DNA of 64,000 bases from an uncultured Rhodospirillaceae bacterium (GTDB lineage Bacteria > Pseudomonadota > Alphaproteobacteria > Dongiales > Dongiaceae): positions 42,588 to 106,587 of the forward strand of contig CADEFF010000003.1 in assembly GCA_902826565.1 (NCBI GenBank). The letters run 5' to 3'. Every line of letters begins with the position of its first letter. The first letter of the stretch is position 1. Under the pieces are notes generated by a model. That model made no database searches and was not told the origin of the DNA. It worked only from the letters and a program-made list of their open reading frames with translations. Below are positions 8,609-18,970 of the stretch, piece after piece. A program made the position numbers and the translations under genes.

Positions 8609-9679
8609 TCAGGCCGCGCTGCGCTTCCGCCGGGAATCGGCGCGGAAGGCGGGCATGACCTCGTCGATGAAGAGCTTCAGCGACTTCTTCTGCTCGGCCA
8701 TGGGCAGGCCATAGCTGGCGCAATAGAGGAAGTTCTCGAAGCCCAGCGCCGCATATTGGTCGAGCTTGGCGATCACCTCGTCCGGCGTGCCGAACATGAG
8801 GTTGGTGCGCAGCATTTCGGGATCGTACTCCGCGCGATGCTGCAACGAAGCGAGGTCGATCTGCTCGGGGAAGCCATTATCGACGCTGCCGAGCTCGCGG
8901 AAGAGGTTCTCGAACTGGGCGCCCTGGCGTTGCACGGCGCGGATCGGGATCTCCCACTGCTCCGGCTTCGCATAGACCGCGGTGTAGCGCATGGTCAGGA
9001 GCCGCGGCCGCTTGGTGCCCGCCGGCGCCCGCGAGACGGCATCCTCGAAGCGCTGCTTGTAGAGCTCGACCTCGGACATCGGTCGCGACAGCGCCCAGGT
9101 CATGATGTTGCAGCCATTGGCCACGGCCCAGTCGAAGGAGACAGGGTTGCGCGCCGCGACCCAGACCGGCGGATGCGGCGATTGCAGGGGCTTCGGGCAG
9201 GCGGTCGATTTCGGGAAGGACCAGTAGGTCCCGTTATGCTCGTAGTCACCGGCCCAGAGCTTCTTCAGCACCGGCAGCATCTCGAGCATGTAGGGCACGG
9301 CCTCCTGCGCCTTGACGCCGCGGGCCATGCGGTTGAACTCGCGCTGATAGGCGCCGCAGCCGAGACCGAGCTCGAGGCGGCCGCCGGTGACGAGATCGAG
9401 CATGCCGGCTTCGCCCGCAAGCTTGATCGGGTGCCAGTAGGGCGCCACCGCCACCGCTGTGCCGAGCCGGATCTTGTCGGTGTGGGCGCCCCACCAGGCG
9501 AGCATCTGGAAGGGGCCGGGCGCGATCGTCATCTCGATCGCATGATGCTCAGCCGCCCAGGCGATCTCGAAGCCCGCCTCGTCAGCCATCTGCACCATCT
9601 CCAGCGTGTGCCGCGCGACATCGCGCATGTCGATGTCCGGGCTCATCCGCTCCATGTTGATCGCGAGGCTGAACTTCAT
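8609..9679 (-). CDS. LLM-class (luciferase-like) flavin-dependent oxidoreductase
   Basis: 356 aa. The N-terminus MKFSLAINMERMSP...AEEAGFEIAWAAEHH is typical of luciferase-like monooxygenases. Confidence 0.8.
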   Translation of the reverse strand: MKFSLAINMERMSPDIDMRDVARHTLEMVQMADEAGFEIAWAAEHHAIEMTIAPGPFQMLAWWGAHTDKIRLGTAVAVAPYWHPIKLAGEAGMLDLVTGGRLELGLGCGAYQREFNRMARGVKAQEAVPYMLEMLPVLKKLWAGDYEHNGTYWSFPKSTACPKPLQSPHPPVWVAARNPVSFDWAVANGCNIMTWALSRPMSEVELYKQRFEDAVSRAPAGTKRPRLLTMRYTAVYAKPEQWEIPIRAVQRQGAQFENLFRELGSVDNGFPEQIDLASLQHRAEYDPEMLRTNLMFGTPDEVIAKLDQYAALGFENFLYCASYGLPMAEQKKSLKLFIDEVMPAFRADSRRKRSAA

Positions 9680-9781
9680 GGCTCTCTCCCTGGGTCTCGT
9701 TCCGGGCGATCGCGCCCGCCCGGGAAAGCTAGGCTTCCCGCGGGTGCCAAGCTTCCTCCTATTCAGAGTAGGAGAGCAGGT

Positions 9782-11602
9782 TTATTTGCTCGAAATAGAG
9801 GAACCCTGCTCGGCGTCCGCCGCGAGACCCCGGCGCATGCGGAGCGCCAGTTCCAGCGCGATCCGGCTATCGGCGTCCTCGAGCGCGATACCGAAGAGCT
9901 CGGCCACGCGGCGCAGCCGGTAGCGCAAGGTCGTCACATGGATGCCGAGCGCGTCGGCGGCTGCCTGGTAGCGCCCGTGATGGGCGAAGAAGGCCTCCAG
10001 GGTCGGCAGCATCTCTCCGCCATGGCTGCGGTCATGGACCTCCAGCCGGCCGACCGTATCGGCAACGAAGCGCCGGAGCTCCTCCCGGTCTGCCGCCGCG
10101 ATGAGCCGCGCGAAGGGACCGAAATCGCCTTCCGCCACCACGCCGCCGCGGCCGAGCCGGCGCGCGAGATCGACAGTGCGCGCCACCGCCTGACGCGCGT
10201 CGCGATAGTCCCCGAGCGCCACGCAAGGCCGGCTCAGCACGGCGATCGGCCGGCGGCCCGTCTGGCGTTGCATCGCCTCGACGAGCCGCTGCATCAGGCG
10301 GTTGAGCGCTTTCTCGTCGAGCGCCGTGCCCGGCAGATGGAGGAGCTCCGCGCCGCCGTCGGCGAAGGCGCTCGCCTCCGGCAGACTGCGCTGGGCGACA
10401 CCGAGCAGGGCACGCTGGAGGGAAGCGCGCGACGCGGCATCCCCGGGTTTATCCGCATCGTCCTGCAGCAGGGCGAAACGCGCCGCCTCGAGCTTCAGGC
10501 CCAGATGACCCGCCCTCGCGAGCGTTTCCTCGCGGTCTCGCCAGTTGCCGGTGAAGAGCCGCTGGAAGAATTCGCCGTGGGTTTCCGCCTGGGTCGTGAA
10601 GCGCACCTGCGCCCGCAGCAGCGCCACCGAGAGCGCGGAGCGCAGCCCCTGCGCCGCCAGCGCCTCGAAGCTGTCGAGCGGCCGTCCGTCCGTGAAGAGG
10701 ATGATGCCGCCGAGAACCGCGCCCTCCACGAGGCAAGGCTCGAGAATAGCCGACAGGACGCTCTCGAAGCCGAGCGGCCGCAACGACAGATCGCGCGCGC
10801 GTGCGAAGGCGCCGGCCGGCGCGGAGGCCAGCATTTCGGCGAGATGGGCATAGCCGCGGCCTCGCACCGCAGCCTGCCAGTCGACATCGGCGACCGTCGC
10901 AAGCGGAGATTTTTCGGCGATCGCGCGATGGCTGGTGAAATCGAGGATCACGAGCGGCAGCGGCAGGTCGGACGCCACCAACCTCGCGAGCTCGGGGATC
11001 GGATGGCCGGCCAGCACCCGCTCCATGGCGGCCGCGTGGAGCTCCAGCACCTGCCGGAGGTGGGTCGTCTGCTGGCGCTCGAGCCGCAGCAGTTCCGCCT
11101 TCTCGACCGCCAGCGAAGCCAGCTCCGCGACGGCGGCGAGGAACGCGAGCTCGTCCTCGTCGATCTTGCGGACCTCATGCGCATGGACCGACATGACGAG
11201 CCCGCGGCCCTGCCCGTCCGCAGCGCGCAGCGGCAGCAGCACCACCGTCCGGTAGGCGCGCAGCCGCGCTTCCTCGCGATAATCCGCATAGTCGGCCGCT
11301 TCCTGCGCATCGCGAATGACCAGGAGCGTGCCGGTCGCCAGCACCGTCCGGGTGGGGCTCGTCTCCAGCGGCCAGCGGTCGCGATCACCGGGCGGCCTCG
11401 CATAAAGCGGGTCATAACGCGCCACGAGCTCGGAAAAGCCGCTGCGCTCGTCCACCGCCATGAGCGCGCTGCTCGACCAGGGCGAGCGCTGGCAGACGGC
11501 GACCGTTATGCGATCGAGGATCTCCGGCAGCGCGGTCCCCGAATTTACCAGGCTCGCGATCTGCGCGAGGCTTCGCAGCCGTTCTGCCAGGCTCTGCGTC
11601 AT
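9782..11602 (-). CDS. PucR-family transcriptional regulator with N-terminal GAF-like sensor domain
   Basis: Track ORF 9782..13027, trimmed to the ATG at 11602 (MTQSLAERL). The sequence upstream of that point belongs to the permease genes in another frame. The C-terminal PucR HTH is AADALGIHVTTLRYRLRRVAELFG. Confidence 0.75.
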   Translation of the reverse strand: MTQSLAERLRSLAQIASLVNSGTALPEILDRITVAVCQRSPWSSSALMAVDERSGFSELVARYDPLYARPPGDRDRWPLETSPTRTVLATGTLLVIRDAQEAADYADYREEARLRAYRTVVLLPLRAADGQGRGLVMSVHAHEVRKIDEDELAFLAAVAELASLAVEKAELLRLERQQTTHLRQVLELHAAAMERVLAGHPIPELARLVASDLPLPLVILDFTSHRAIAEKSPLATVADVDWQAAVRGRGYAHLAEMLASAPAGAFARARDLSLRPLGFESVLSAILEPCLVEGAVLGGIILFTDGRPLDSFEALAAQGLRSALSVALLRAQVRFTTQAETHGEFFQRLFTGNWRDREETLARAGHLGLKLEAARFALLQDDADKPGDAASRASLQRALLGVAQRSLPEASAFADGGAELLHLPGTALDEKALNRLMQRLVEAMQRQTGRRPIAVLSRPCVALGDYRDARQAVARTVDLARRLGRGGVVAEGDFGPFARLIAAADREELRRFVADTVGRLEVHDRSHGGEMLPTLEAFFAHHGRYQAAADALGIHVTTLRYRLRRVAELFGIALEDADSRIALELALRMRRGLAADAEQGSSISSK

Positions 11603-11697
11603 CGTCGGGTTTCGCCCCGCAAAACGCGCCGCAGGCCGGCGCGGGACCGCGATGCCCGCCGAACCGCCCGCGGGCTCCGCCGCAAGGATACTGCCGA

Positions 11698-12498
11698 TCA
11701 GCGGGCCTGTCTGCGCCGCAGCAGGGCCCCCGTGCCGAGCACGACGACGGTGAGCAGGATCAGCATGGTCGAGGCGGCCGCCATGACCGGGGAGAGATCG
11801 AGTCTGAGGGCCGACCACATGCGCACCGGCAGGGTCTGCATGGTCGGGCTCGCCATGAAGATCGCAACCACCACCTCGTCCCAGGAGGCGAGGAAGGAGA
11901 AGATCGCGCCGGCGAAGATGCCGAGCCGGATCGACGGGATGGTGATCCGCCAGATCGCCTGGAGCGGCGTCGCGCCGCAGACGATTGCCGCCTTCTCCAT
12001 GGATTCGTCGAAGCCCTCGAGCGCGTTGGTAATGCAGATCATGGCGAAGGGCAGCGCCAGGATCAGATGCGCCACGACGAAGCCGAGGAAGCTGCCATTG
12101 AGGCCGATGCGGAGCGACAGCGCGTAGAGCGCGATCGCGACGATCACCAGCGGCACGATCATCGGGCTGATGAAGAAGGCGCGCAGCAAACCGCGGCCGC
12201 GGAACCGGCCGCGCACCAGCGCGAAGGAAGCCGGGAGGGCCAGTGCCACCGAGAGGACCGTGACGGCGATGCCGATCTTGAAGCTCGTCCAGATCGCCTG
12301 GATCCAGCGCGGGTCGGCGAAGAATTCGACATACCATTTGATCGTCCAGTCCGGCGGCGGGAACTGGAGCCATTTGGAGGAGCCGAAGGAGAGCGCGCCG
12401 ATGAAGATGATCGGCAGCAGCAGGAAGGCGGCGACGGCGAGCCCGATGCCGTAGAGCACGAAGCGGCCGGGTCCCATCCGATGGAGCGAAAGCAGCAT
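11698..12498 (-). CDS. ABC transporter permease (PotC-like)
   Basis: 266 aa with 6 predicted TM segments and an EAA-like loop (EKAAIVCGATPLQAIWRITIP). Confidence 0.85.
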   Translation of the reverse strand: MLLSLHRMGPGRFVLYGIGLAVAAFLLLPIIFIGALSFGSSKWLQFPPPDWTIKWYVEFFADPRWIQAIWTSFKIGIAVTVLSVALALPASFALVRGRFRGRGLLRAFFISPMIVPLVIVAIALYALSLRIGLNGSFLGFVVAHLILALPFAMICITNALEGFDESMEKAAIVCGATPLQAIWRITIPSIRLGIFAGAIFSFLASWDEVVVAIFMASPTMQTLPVRMWSALRLDLSPVMAAASTMLILLTVVVLGTGALLRRRQAR

Positions 12499-12507
12499 CG
12501 GCGCCGC

Positions 12508-13374
12508 CTATTTCAGCCGGCCGAGGCCGATGCCGCGCACATAGACGGCATAGAGCGCGAGCGTGACCGCGAGAAGGATGAAGGCGCCGGCGCTGCCGAG
12601 CCCCCAGTTGAGCTGGGTCTGCACATGCTGGGCGATGAGCTCGGCCAGCATCATGTTGCTGGCGCCCCCGAGCATGGCGGGCGTCACGTAGTAGCCGAGC
12701 GCCATGACGAAGACCATCAGCGCGCCGGTGCCGAGCCCGGGCAGGGAGAGCGGCAGCATCACCCGGAAAAACACCTGCCTCGGGCGCGCGCCGGAGATGG
12801 ACGCCACTTGCATCAGCGACGGATCGAGCCCCGAAAGGCTCGCATGGAGCGGCAAGATGATGAAGGGCAGCATGATGTAGGTCATGCCGATGGTCACGCC
12901 GGTGAGGTTGTTGAGCAGCGGCAGCGGCGCATCGATGAGACCGATGTTCATCAGCATGCGGTTGATGACGCCGGTCTTCTGCAGCAGCACCACCCAGGCG
13001 AAGGTGCGCGCCAGAAGATTGGTCCACATCGAGAGCAGGATGATGGCGAAGAGCCAGCGCGCCACGCGCGAGGGCAGGATCACCAGGAGCCAGGCGACCG
13101 GATAGCCGAGCAAGAGCGTGACAATGGTGACGACCGTGGCCACGGCGAAGGTGTTGAACAGCACCCGCGCATAGGTTTCGTCGGTGAGCAGCCGGACATA
13201 GTTCCCGATGCCGGGCTCGGGATCGGTCACGCTCCGCAGCAGCAGCGCGGAGAGCGGCACGACGAAGAACACGAAGAGGAAAATGAGCGCGCCGAGCGCC
13301 GGCCCGACGCCGTGCTTGCGGCGGGCGGCGGGCGGCGCCGCGGACTGGCCGCCCGGCAGGGCTAGATCGACCAT
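12508..13374 (-). CDS. ABC transporter permease (PotB-like)
   Basis: 288 aa, polytopic, with EAA-like loop MQVASISGARPRQVFFRVMLP. Confidence 0.85.
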   Translation of the reverse strand: MVDLALPGGQSAAPPAARRKHGVGPALGALIFLFVFFVVPLSALLLRSVTDPEPGIGNYVRLLTDETYARVLFNTFAVATVVTIVTLLLGYPVAWLLVILPSRVARWLFAIILLSMWTNLLARTFAWVVLLQKTGVINRMLMNIGLIDAPLPLLNNLTGVTIGMTYIMLPFIILPLHASLSGLDPSLMQVASISGARPRQVFFRVMLPLSLPGLGTGALMVFVMALGYYVTPAMLGGASNMMLAELIAQHVQTQLNWGLGSAGAFILLAVTLALYAVYVRGIGLGRLK

Positions 13375-13452
13375 GGCGGTCTCATGCGGCTCCGGCCTCG
13401 CGGGATCGGCTCGGGGCGGCGGAAAACTCCCGCTGCCCCGGCCGTCATGATG

Positions 13453-14490
13453 TTACTGGGCCTGCCAAGCGTACCAGCGCTCGCTGATCGCATCCATGTT
13501 CTTCACCCAGTAATCCAGATCGATGACGACCTGGCTGTCGGGATAGTTCGAAGGCAGCGCGGGCTGAACTTCCTCCGGCACCATCGCCGTCGATTTGAGG
13601 TTGACCGGCCCATAGGCGGTCAGCGCCGAGTGATCGGCCTGGCCCTGGGCGCTCACGACCTGGGCGATCAGCTTCATCGCCGCGTCCTTGTTGGCCGTGC
13701 CCTTCGGCACCACCACATAGTCCGCGGTCAAGAGGTTCTGGTTCCACTGCACGCCGATATTCATGCCGTCGCGCTGCAGCATGTAGGTGCGGCCGTTCCA
13801 GAACATGCCCATGACCGCTTCGCCGGAGACCAGCGCCTGCTGCGATTCGGCGCCGCTGTTCCACCAGACGATGTCCTTCTTGATCGTATCGAGCTTCTTG
13901 AAGGCGCGATCGACATCGAGCGGATAGAGCTTGTCGGGCGCAACGCCATCGGCGAGCAGCGCAACCTCGAGGATGCCGGGAGCAAACCACTTCACCACCG
14001 CGCGACCGCCCGGATAGGTCTCGGTGTCGAACATCGCGGCCCAGCCTTCCGGCACCTTGTCGCCGAGCGCGTCCTTGCTGTAGCCGAGCACCCAGGACCA
14101 GGTGAGCGAGCCGATGCCGTGATCGAACACGAAGCGCGGATCGACGTCCTTGGTGTCGATGACGGAGAAGTCGAGCGGCTCGAGGAGGCCCTCGCCGGCC
14201 GCCTTGTAGGCGAAGCTGCCTTCGACGTCGACGACGTCCCAGCTCACATTGCCGCTCTCGACCATGGCCTTGAACTTGCCGTAGTCGGTCGGCCCGTCCT
14301 GCAGTACGGTGGTGCCGCTCGCCGCCTGGAACGGATCGGTCCAGGCCTTCTGCATCGCATCCTGGCCCTCGCCGCCCCAGCCAACGAAGGTCAGGCTGCT
14401 GGCCGCCGCCGCGCCGTAGGCGACGCCGGCCGCGAGAATCGTCGCCACGCCGCCGAGCCAAATCCGCCTTGTTTTCCTGATCCCTGACAT
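13453..14490 (-). CDS. ABC transporter periplasmic substrate-binding protein (PotD/PotF family)
   Basis: 345 aa with an N-terminal signal peptide (MSGIRKTRRIWLGGVATILAAGVAYGAAA). A paralog of the SBP at 55540..56631 (shared LTxVGWGG.. block). Confidence 0.85.
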   Translation of the reverse strand: MSGIRKTRRIWLGGVATILAAGVAYGAAAASSLTFVGWGGEGQDAMQKAWTDPFQAASGTTVLQDGPTDYGKFKAMVESGNVSWDVVDVEGSFAYKAAGEGLLEPLDFSVIDTKDVDPRFVFDHGIGSLTWSWVLGYSKDALGDKVPEGWAAMFDTETYPGGRAVVKWFAPGILEVALLADGVAPDKLYPLDVDRAFKKLDTIKKDIVWWNSGAESQQALVSGEAVMGMFWNGRTYMLQRDGMNIGVQWNQNLLTADYVVVPKGTANKDAAMKLIAQVVSAQGQADHSALTAYGPVNLKSTAMVPEEVQPALPSNYPDSQVVIDLDYWVKNMDAISERWYAWQAQ

Positions 14491-14716
14491 GTTCAGACTC
14501 CTCCCATCGATGCCCGGCCGAGCGATCGGCCGCGGTTCTCCCGCCGGGACGACCGTGATGGTCGTGTCCCGCTTCGTCTAATCTTGCATACCCTATTCTG
14601 TAATACAATTTGAAGCGAAAATGGCGGGGTGACAAAGATCCCATGCCGTTGCGGGCTGCATGGGGTAACTGGACCCACCTCTACTCTCAGGAAGAAACGG
14701 CGGGGAAACGCGGCCG

Positions 14717-14906
14717 TCAGCCTGCCAAGCCTCCGAGCGCCGAACCATGCCGACCCTCGGCGATCTCCTCGGATCGTCCTGGCGCTGAAGGCATCGAGAT
14801 CCTGCGGGACGCGGCTCGCGACGATGCCCGCATCGACGACGACCGGCTCGTCCAGCACCGTGGCGCCCGCATTGCGCAGGTCGGTGCGGATGGATTTGCA
14901 GGAAGT
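14717..14906 (-). pseudogene. Remnant of the C-terminus of a DJ-1/PfpI-family protein (truncated, probable frameshift)
   Basis: Minus-strand translation gives SIRTDLRNAGATVLDEPVVVDAGIVASRVPQDLDAFSARTI, which resembles the conserved PfpI/YhbO C-terminus. A -1 shift then continues as EEIAEGRHG...*. No N-terminal two-thirds exists, because the acyl-CoA ligase 3' end occupies that space. Coordinates are approximate. Confidence 0.45.
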
Positions 14907-14974
14907 CGCGCGCCCGCCGCGCAACGGCCCCGCCCAAGACCGGCGGCTTCCCCGAACGCCGGAGGAAGCCGGCT

Positions 14975-16714
14975 TCAGGCGGTGTTCGCCTCGTGGCGCG
15001 CCAACTCCTTCGCCATCGCTTCGCGCATCAGATATTTCTGCACCTTGCCGGTCACCGTCATCGGGAAGGCCTCGACGAAGCGGATATGGGCCGGCACCTT
15101 GTAATGCGCGATGCGCTCGCGGCAGAAGGCGACGATCTCGACATCGGTCGCCTGCTCGCCCGGCTTCAGACGGATCCAGGCGCAAAGCTCCTCGCCATAT
15201 TTCTCATGCGGGATGCCGAAGACCTGCACGTCCTGAATCTTGGCGTGGCCATAGAGGAACTCCTCGATCTCCCGCGGATAGATGTTCTCGCCGCCGCGGA
15301 TCACCATGTCCTTGATCCGGCCGACGATGTTGCAATAGCCCTCCTCGTCGATGGTCGCGAGATCGCCGGTATGCATCCACCCCGCATCGTCGATCGATTC
15401 CGCGGTGCGTTCCGGTTCGCCCCAATAGCGCTGCATCACCGAATAGCCCCGGGTCAGGAGCTCGCCCGGCTGGCCGCGCGGCAGGATGCGGCCCTCCGCA
15501 TCCACGATCTTCACCTCGACATGCGGATGGATGCGTCCGACCGTGGAGACGCGGCGCTCCAGCGGATCGCCGGTGGAAGACTGGAAGCTGACCGGGCTCG
15601 TCTCGGTCATGCCGTAGGCGATGGTGATCTCGGAGAGATGCATCTCCGCGACGACGCGCCGCATGACCTCGATCGGACAGGGCGATCCCGCCATGATGCC
15701 GGTGCGCAGGCTCGAGACGTCGAACTCCTTGAAGCGCGGATGGCCGAGCTCGGCGATGAACATGGTCGGCACGCCGTGGAGGCCGGTGCAGCGCTCCGCC
15801 GCGACCGTCTCCAGCACCGCCAGCGGATCGAAGCCTTCGCCCGGGATCACCATGCAGGACCCGTGGGTCACGCAGGCGAAATTGCCCAGCACCATGCCGA
15901 AGCAATGATAGAACGGCACGGGGATGCAGAGCCGGTCCTGCTCGGTCAGCCGCATCGCCTCGCCGATGAAGTAGCCGTTATTGAGGACGTTGTGGTGGGT
16001 GAGGGTGGCGCCCTTGGGATTGCCGGTGGTGCCGGAGGTGAACTGGATGTTGATCGGGTCGTCGAACTGCAGGCTGCCGGCGAGCGCGGCCAGCCGCCGG
16101 CGAGCGGCATCGGTTCCCGCGGCCGCAATCGCGGCGAAGGGCATCATGCCCGGCTCCGGGTTCCCGTCGATCACGGCGAGGAGCCGGAGCGCCGGCAGTT
16201 TCGCCGCGCGCAGCTTCCCCGGCGCCGAGCCGGCAAGCTCCGGCGCCAGGCCGCGGATCATCCCGACATAGTCCGAGCTCTTGAAGGCGCGCGCGAGCAC
16301 GAGCGCCTTGCAGCCCGATTTCGCCAATGCGTATTCGAGCTCGTGCGAGCGATAGGCGGGATTGATATTGACGAGAATGAGCCCCGCCTTGGCGCTGGCG
16401 AACTGCAGCACCACCCATTCGGCCTTGTTCGGCGACCAGATGCCGATGCGATCCCCAGGTTCGAGGCCCAACGCCATGAGGCCCGCCGCGACGCGATCCA
16501 CCTCCGCCAGGAACTCGGCATAGCTCCAGCGCACGCCCTGGTCCCGGACGACGAGCGCGGGGCGGTCGGGCCAGCGCGCGGCGATCCGGTCGATGAGCTG
16601 GCCGATGGTCTCGCCGATGAGCGGGACGTCACTCGCCCCATGGACATAGCTCGGCAGGGACATGAGAGGCTCCTTCATCGCAAGACCGCGTCGCTTGTCA
16701 TCTGTCGCCATCAT
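14975..16714 (-). CDS. AMP-dependent acyl-CoA synthetase/ligase
   Basis: 579 aa. AMP-binding motif [14 protein letters not shown], then YGMTE and GDLA...GRIKD. The start is uncertain; alternative ATGs lie at 16678 and 16663. Confidence 0.9.
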   Translation of the reverse strand: MMATDDKRRGLAMKEPLMSLPSYVHGASDVPLIGETIGQLIDRIAARWPDRPALVVRDQGVRWSYAEFLAEVDRVAAGLMALGLEPGDRIGIWSPNKAEWVVLQFASAKAGLILVNINPAYRSHELEYALAKSGCKALVLARAFKSSDYVGMIRGLAPELAGSAPGKLRAAKLPALRLLAVIDGNPEPGMMPFAAIAAAGTDAARRRLAALAGSLQFDDPINIQFTSGTTGNPKGATLTHHNVLNNGYFIGEAMRLTEQDRLCIPVPFYHCFGMVLGNFACVTHGSCMVIPGEGFDPLAVLETVAAERCTGLHGVPTMFIAELGHPRFKEFDVSSLRTGIMAGSPCPIEVMRRVVAEMHLSEITIAYGMTETSPVSFQSSTGDPLERRVSTVGRIHPHVEVKIVDAEGRILPRGQPGELLTRGYSVMQRYWGEPERTAESIDDAGWMHTGDLATIDEEGYCNIVGRIKDMVIRGGENIYPREIEEFLYGHAKIQDVQVFGIPHEKYGEELCAWIRLKPGEQATDVEIVAFCRERIAHYKVPAHIRFVEAFPMTVTGKVQKYLMREAMAKELARHEANTA

Positions 16715-16717
16715 GGC

Positions 16718-17722
16718 TCAGCCGAAGCGGGTCAGATAGTCCTCGGCCAGCCGGCAGGTGTCGCCGGCGAAGCGCGGCGCCAGATTCCGCGCGAAAGCGA
16801 CATGCTGGGTCGAGGCGAGCCAGCCGATCTCGGCGATGCGACGCAGCATGAGGAAGCTCGGGATCTCGGCCTCGAGATCGTGCGGGAACCGGGCGACGCG
16901 CCCGTACCCCGCGAGCCAGGCCTCGATCAGCGCCGGCAGGTCGGGTCGCTCCTGGATGAAGCTCACCGCCGTGGCAAGGTCGTAGGCAAGCCAGCCGAAG
17001 CCGCAATCGTCGAAATCGATGACCTTGGTGCGATCGCCCTCGACCAGGAGATTGGCGAGGCGCATATCGGCATGAATGAGGCCGAAGCGATCGCCGTCGC
17101 GCGGCAGGCTCCGCAGGCGTTTCTCGATCGCGGCCGCCATCCGCCCGACAAGGCGCACCGCCGGCGCGTCCATGCCGATGCCGGTCTGCCATGGCCCCCA
17201 CAGCGGCCGGTCGCCGAGGATCGTCTCCGCTGTCCAGCCATGCCGCTGAAAGCCGGCCGGCAGCGTCCAGCCGCGCGCGTGGCGATGCATCCGCGCCGTG
17301 ATCTCGCCAAGCCGCTCGAAGCCCGGCAGCAGGGCTTCCTCGGCGGGCTCGCTGCCCGAAAGGTAGGTGAACATCACCGCAAGCCGCGGCCGGTCGGGAT
17401 GGGCGGTCGCAAACCACTGCACCAGCGAGCCGTCCGTTGCGGCGACGACGGCCGGCGTTTCGATTCCGGCATCGGCGCGCAATGCCGACATCCATTGCAG
17501 CTCGGAACGGATCGAAGGCTCGGTGTGATAGGCCATCCGATGCGAATGAACGCGAAGCACGAGCGGCGCCGCGCGCGCCGGATCCCGCACCAGGAACATC
17601 GTGTTCTCGGACTGGTGCAGCAGCGACAGCTTCGCTGCCGGCGACAGGGTGTAGCGGCCGAGCAGCGCGCGGGCCTCGGCAAGGCTCGCGGAGGGGCCGG
17701 CGATGGCGGCGATCTCGTTCAT
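16718..17722 (-). CDS. Phosphotransferase (APH/choline-kinase-like kinase fold)
   Basis: 334 aa. Catalytic loop LIHADMRLANLLV and the metal-binding VIDFDDCGFGW (Brenner/APH motifs). Confidence 0.8.
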   Translation of the reverse strand: MNEIAAIAGPSASLAEARALLGRYTLSPAAKLSLLHQSENTMFLVRDPARAAPLVLRVHSHRMAYHTEPSIRSELQWMSALRADAGIETPAVVAATDGSLVQWFATAHPDRPRLAVMFTYLSGSEPAEEALLPGFERLGEITARMHRHARGWTLPAGFQRHGWTAETILGDRPLWGPWQTGIGMDAPAVRLVGRMAAAIEKRLRSLPRDGDRFGLIHADMRLANLLVEGDRTKVIDFDDCGFGWLAYDLATAVSFIQERPDLPALIEAWLAGYGRVARFPHDLEAEIPSFLMLRRIAEIGWLASTQHVAFARNLAPRFAGDTCRLAEDYLTRFG

Positions 17723-17952
17723 GGCGGCACGAACCTAGCAGCTTCCGTTCCGCTGCCGGTAGCGGATCCTCGATGGCGAAGGGCGCCCGCACCGGCCGCG
17801 CCGGCGCGGACTGCAATCACCGGCGCGATGCAGTGCATTGACGGGATGACCCGTCCGGCCGCACCGCCACAGGGCGAAAGCGATTGCCGGAAATCCGGGC
17901 AATGCGCAGAATTCTTTCCGGAAGGCGGCCATTCCGGCCTGGCGGTTCGCCC

Positions 17953-18903
17953 ATGACCTCGAAGAACGCCAAGTTCGAGCGGAATCTCGATTGGAACCTG
18001 CTGAAGGTGTTCAACGAGATCGCGAGCTCGCGCGGCGTGAGCCGGGCCGCCAACAGCCTCGCGCGGCAGCAACCCGCCGTCAGCAGCGCACTCAAGCGTC
18101 TCGAGGAGCATATCGGCGTCGTGCTCTGCCGGCGCGGACCGCGCGGCTTCGAGCTGACCGACGAGGGAAAGGCGGTCGCGGATCTCTGCCAGCGCATCGG
18201 CGAGCTGGTGGCGCAGATCCCGGGACGGGTCGAGGATTCGACCGAAACCCTGACCGGGCACCTGCGCCTCATCATGGTGCAGAACCTCGTGAGCCCGATC
18301 CTCGATCAGACCATCGCCGATTTCAGTCGCCAGCACCCCAATCTGGAACTGCTGATCAATATCGCGCTCTTGCAGGAGATCGAGGAGGTGCTGGTCCGCC
18401 AGGAAGCGGAGATCGGCGTTGCCCCGATCGCCAGCATGAACGGCGCGCTTCGCTACGATTTCCTTTACCGCGAGCAGCACCGCCCCTTCTGCGGCCGCTC
18501 GCACCATCTCTTCAGCCGCACCTTCAACGACCCGCAGGATCTGGGCGACGAGATCTTCGTGCTGCCCGGACTCGAGGAGGCCGAGGCGGTGCGGAACTAT
18601 CGGGCGAAATATGGCTGGGGCCGGAAATCCATCGCGCAATCCGCCTATCTCGACGAGGTGAAGCGGCTCGTCGTCGCGGGACTCGGCATCGGTTTCCTGC
18701 CGGAGGAGATGCTCGAGACCGACGTCAAGCTCGGGCTGCTCTGGCCGCTCATGCTGCCCCAGGCCGATGCGCAGGCCGACGTCTCGGTCATCACCAATCC
18801 GCAGGCGCCGCGCACGCGCGCCGTGCAGCGCTTCCTCGACCTGCTCCATGCGAACCGGGAGAACGCGCCCGCCCGCGCGAAGAACCAGGCGGGCGGACGA
18901 TAG
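17953..18903 (+). CDS. LysR-family transcriptional regulator
   Basis: Track ORF 17884..18903, trimmed to the ATG at 17953 (MTSKNAKF). HTH block LKVFNEIASSRGVSRAANSLARQQPAVSSALKRLE. Confidence 0.85.
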   Translation: MTSKNAKFERNLDWNLLKVFNEIASSRGVSRAANSLARQQPAVSSALKRLEEHIGVVLCRRGPRGFELTDEGKAVADLCQRIGELVAQIPGRVEDSTETLTGHLRLIMVQNLVSPILDQTIADFSRQHPNLELLINIALLQEIEEVLVRQEAEIGVAPIASMNGALRYDFLYREQHRPFCGRSHHLFSRTFNDPQDLGDEIFVLPGLEEAEAVRNYRAKYGWGRKSIAQSAYLDEVKRLVVAGLGIGFLPEEMLETDVKLGLLWPLMLPQADAQADVSVITNPQAPRTRAVQRFLDLLHANRENAPARAKNQAGGR

Positions 18904-18970
18904 GCGCCAGGTTCGACTTCGCCTGCAACCGACCAAATCCATCCCCCATCGATCTTTCCGGAGAACCGCC

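Noticed and set aside
8756-12127. 1123-aa plus-strand ORF spanning the LLM, PucR and permease genes
   Set aside because: It is antisense to three well-supported minus-strand genes. The translation is R/A/G/H/D-rich low complexity with no motifs. This is a typical high-GC shadow ORF. The same reasoning applies to 14993..17956(+), 47888..51199(+), 58468..61302(+), 3548..4777(+), 26987..28672(-), 36584..38122(-) and 22431..24143(+).
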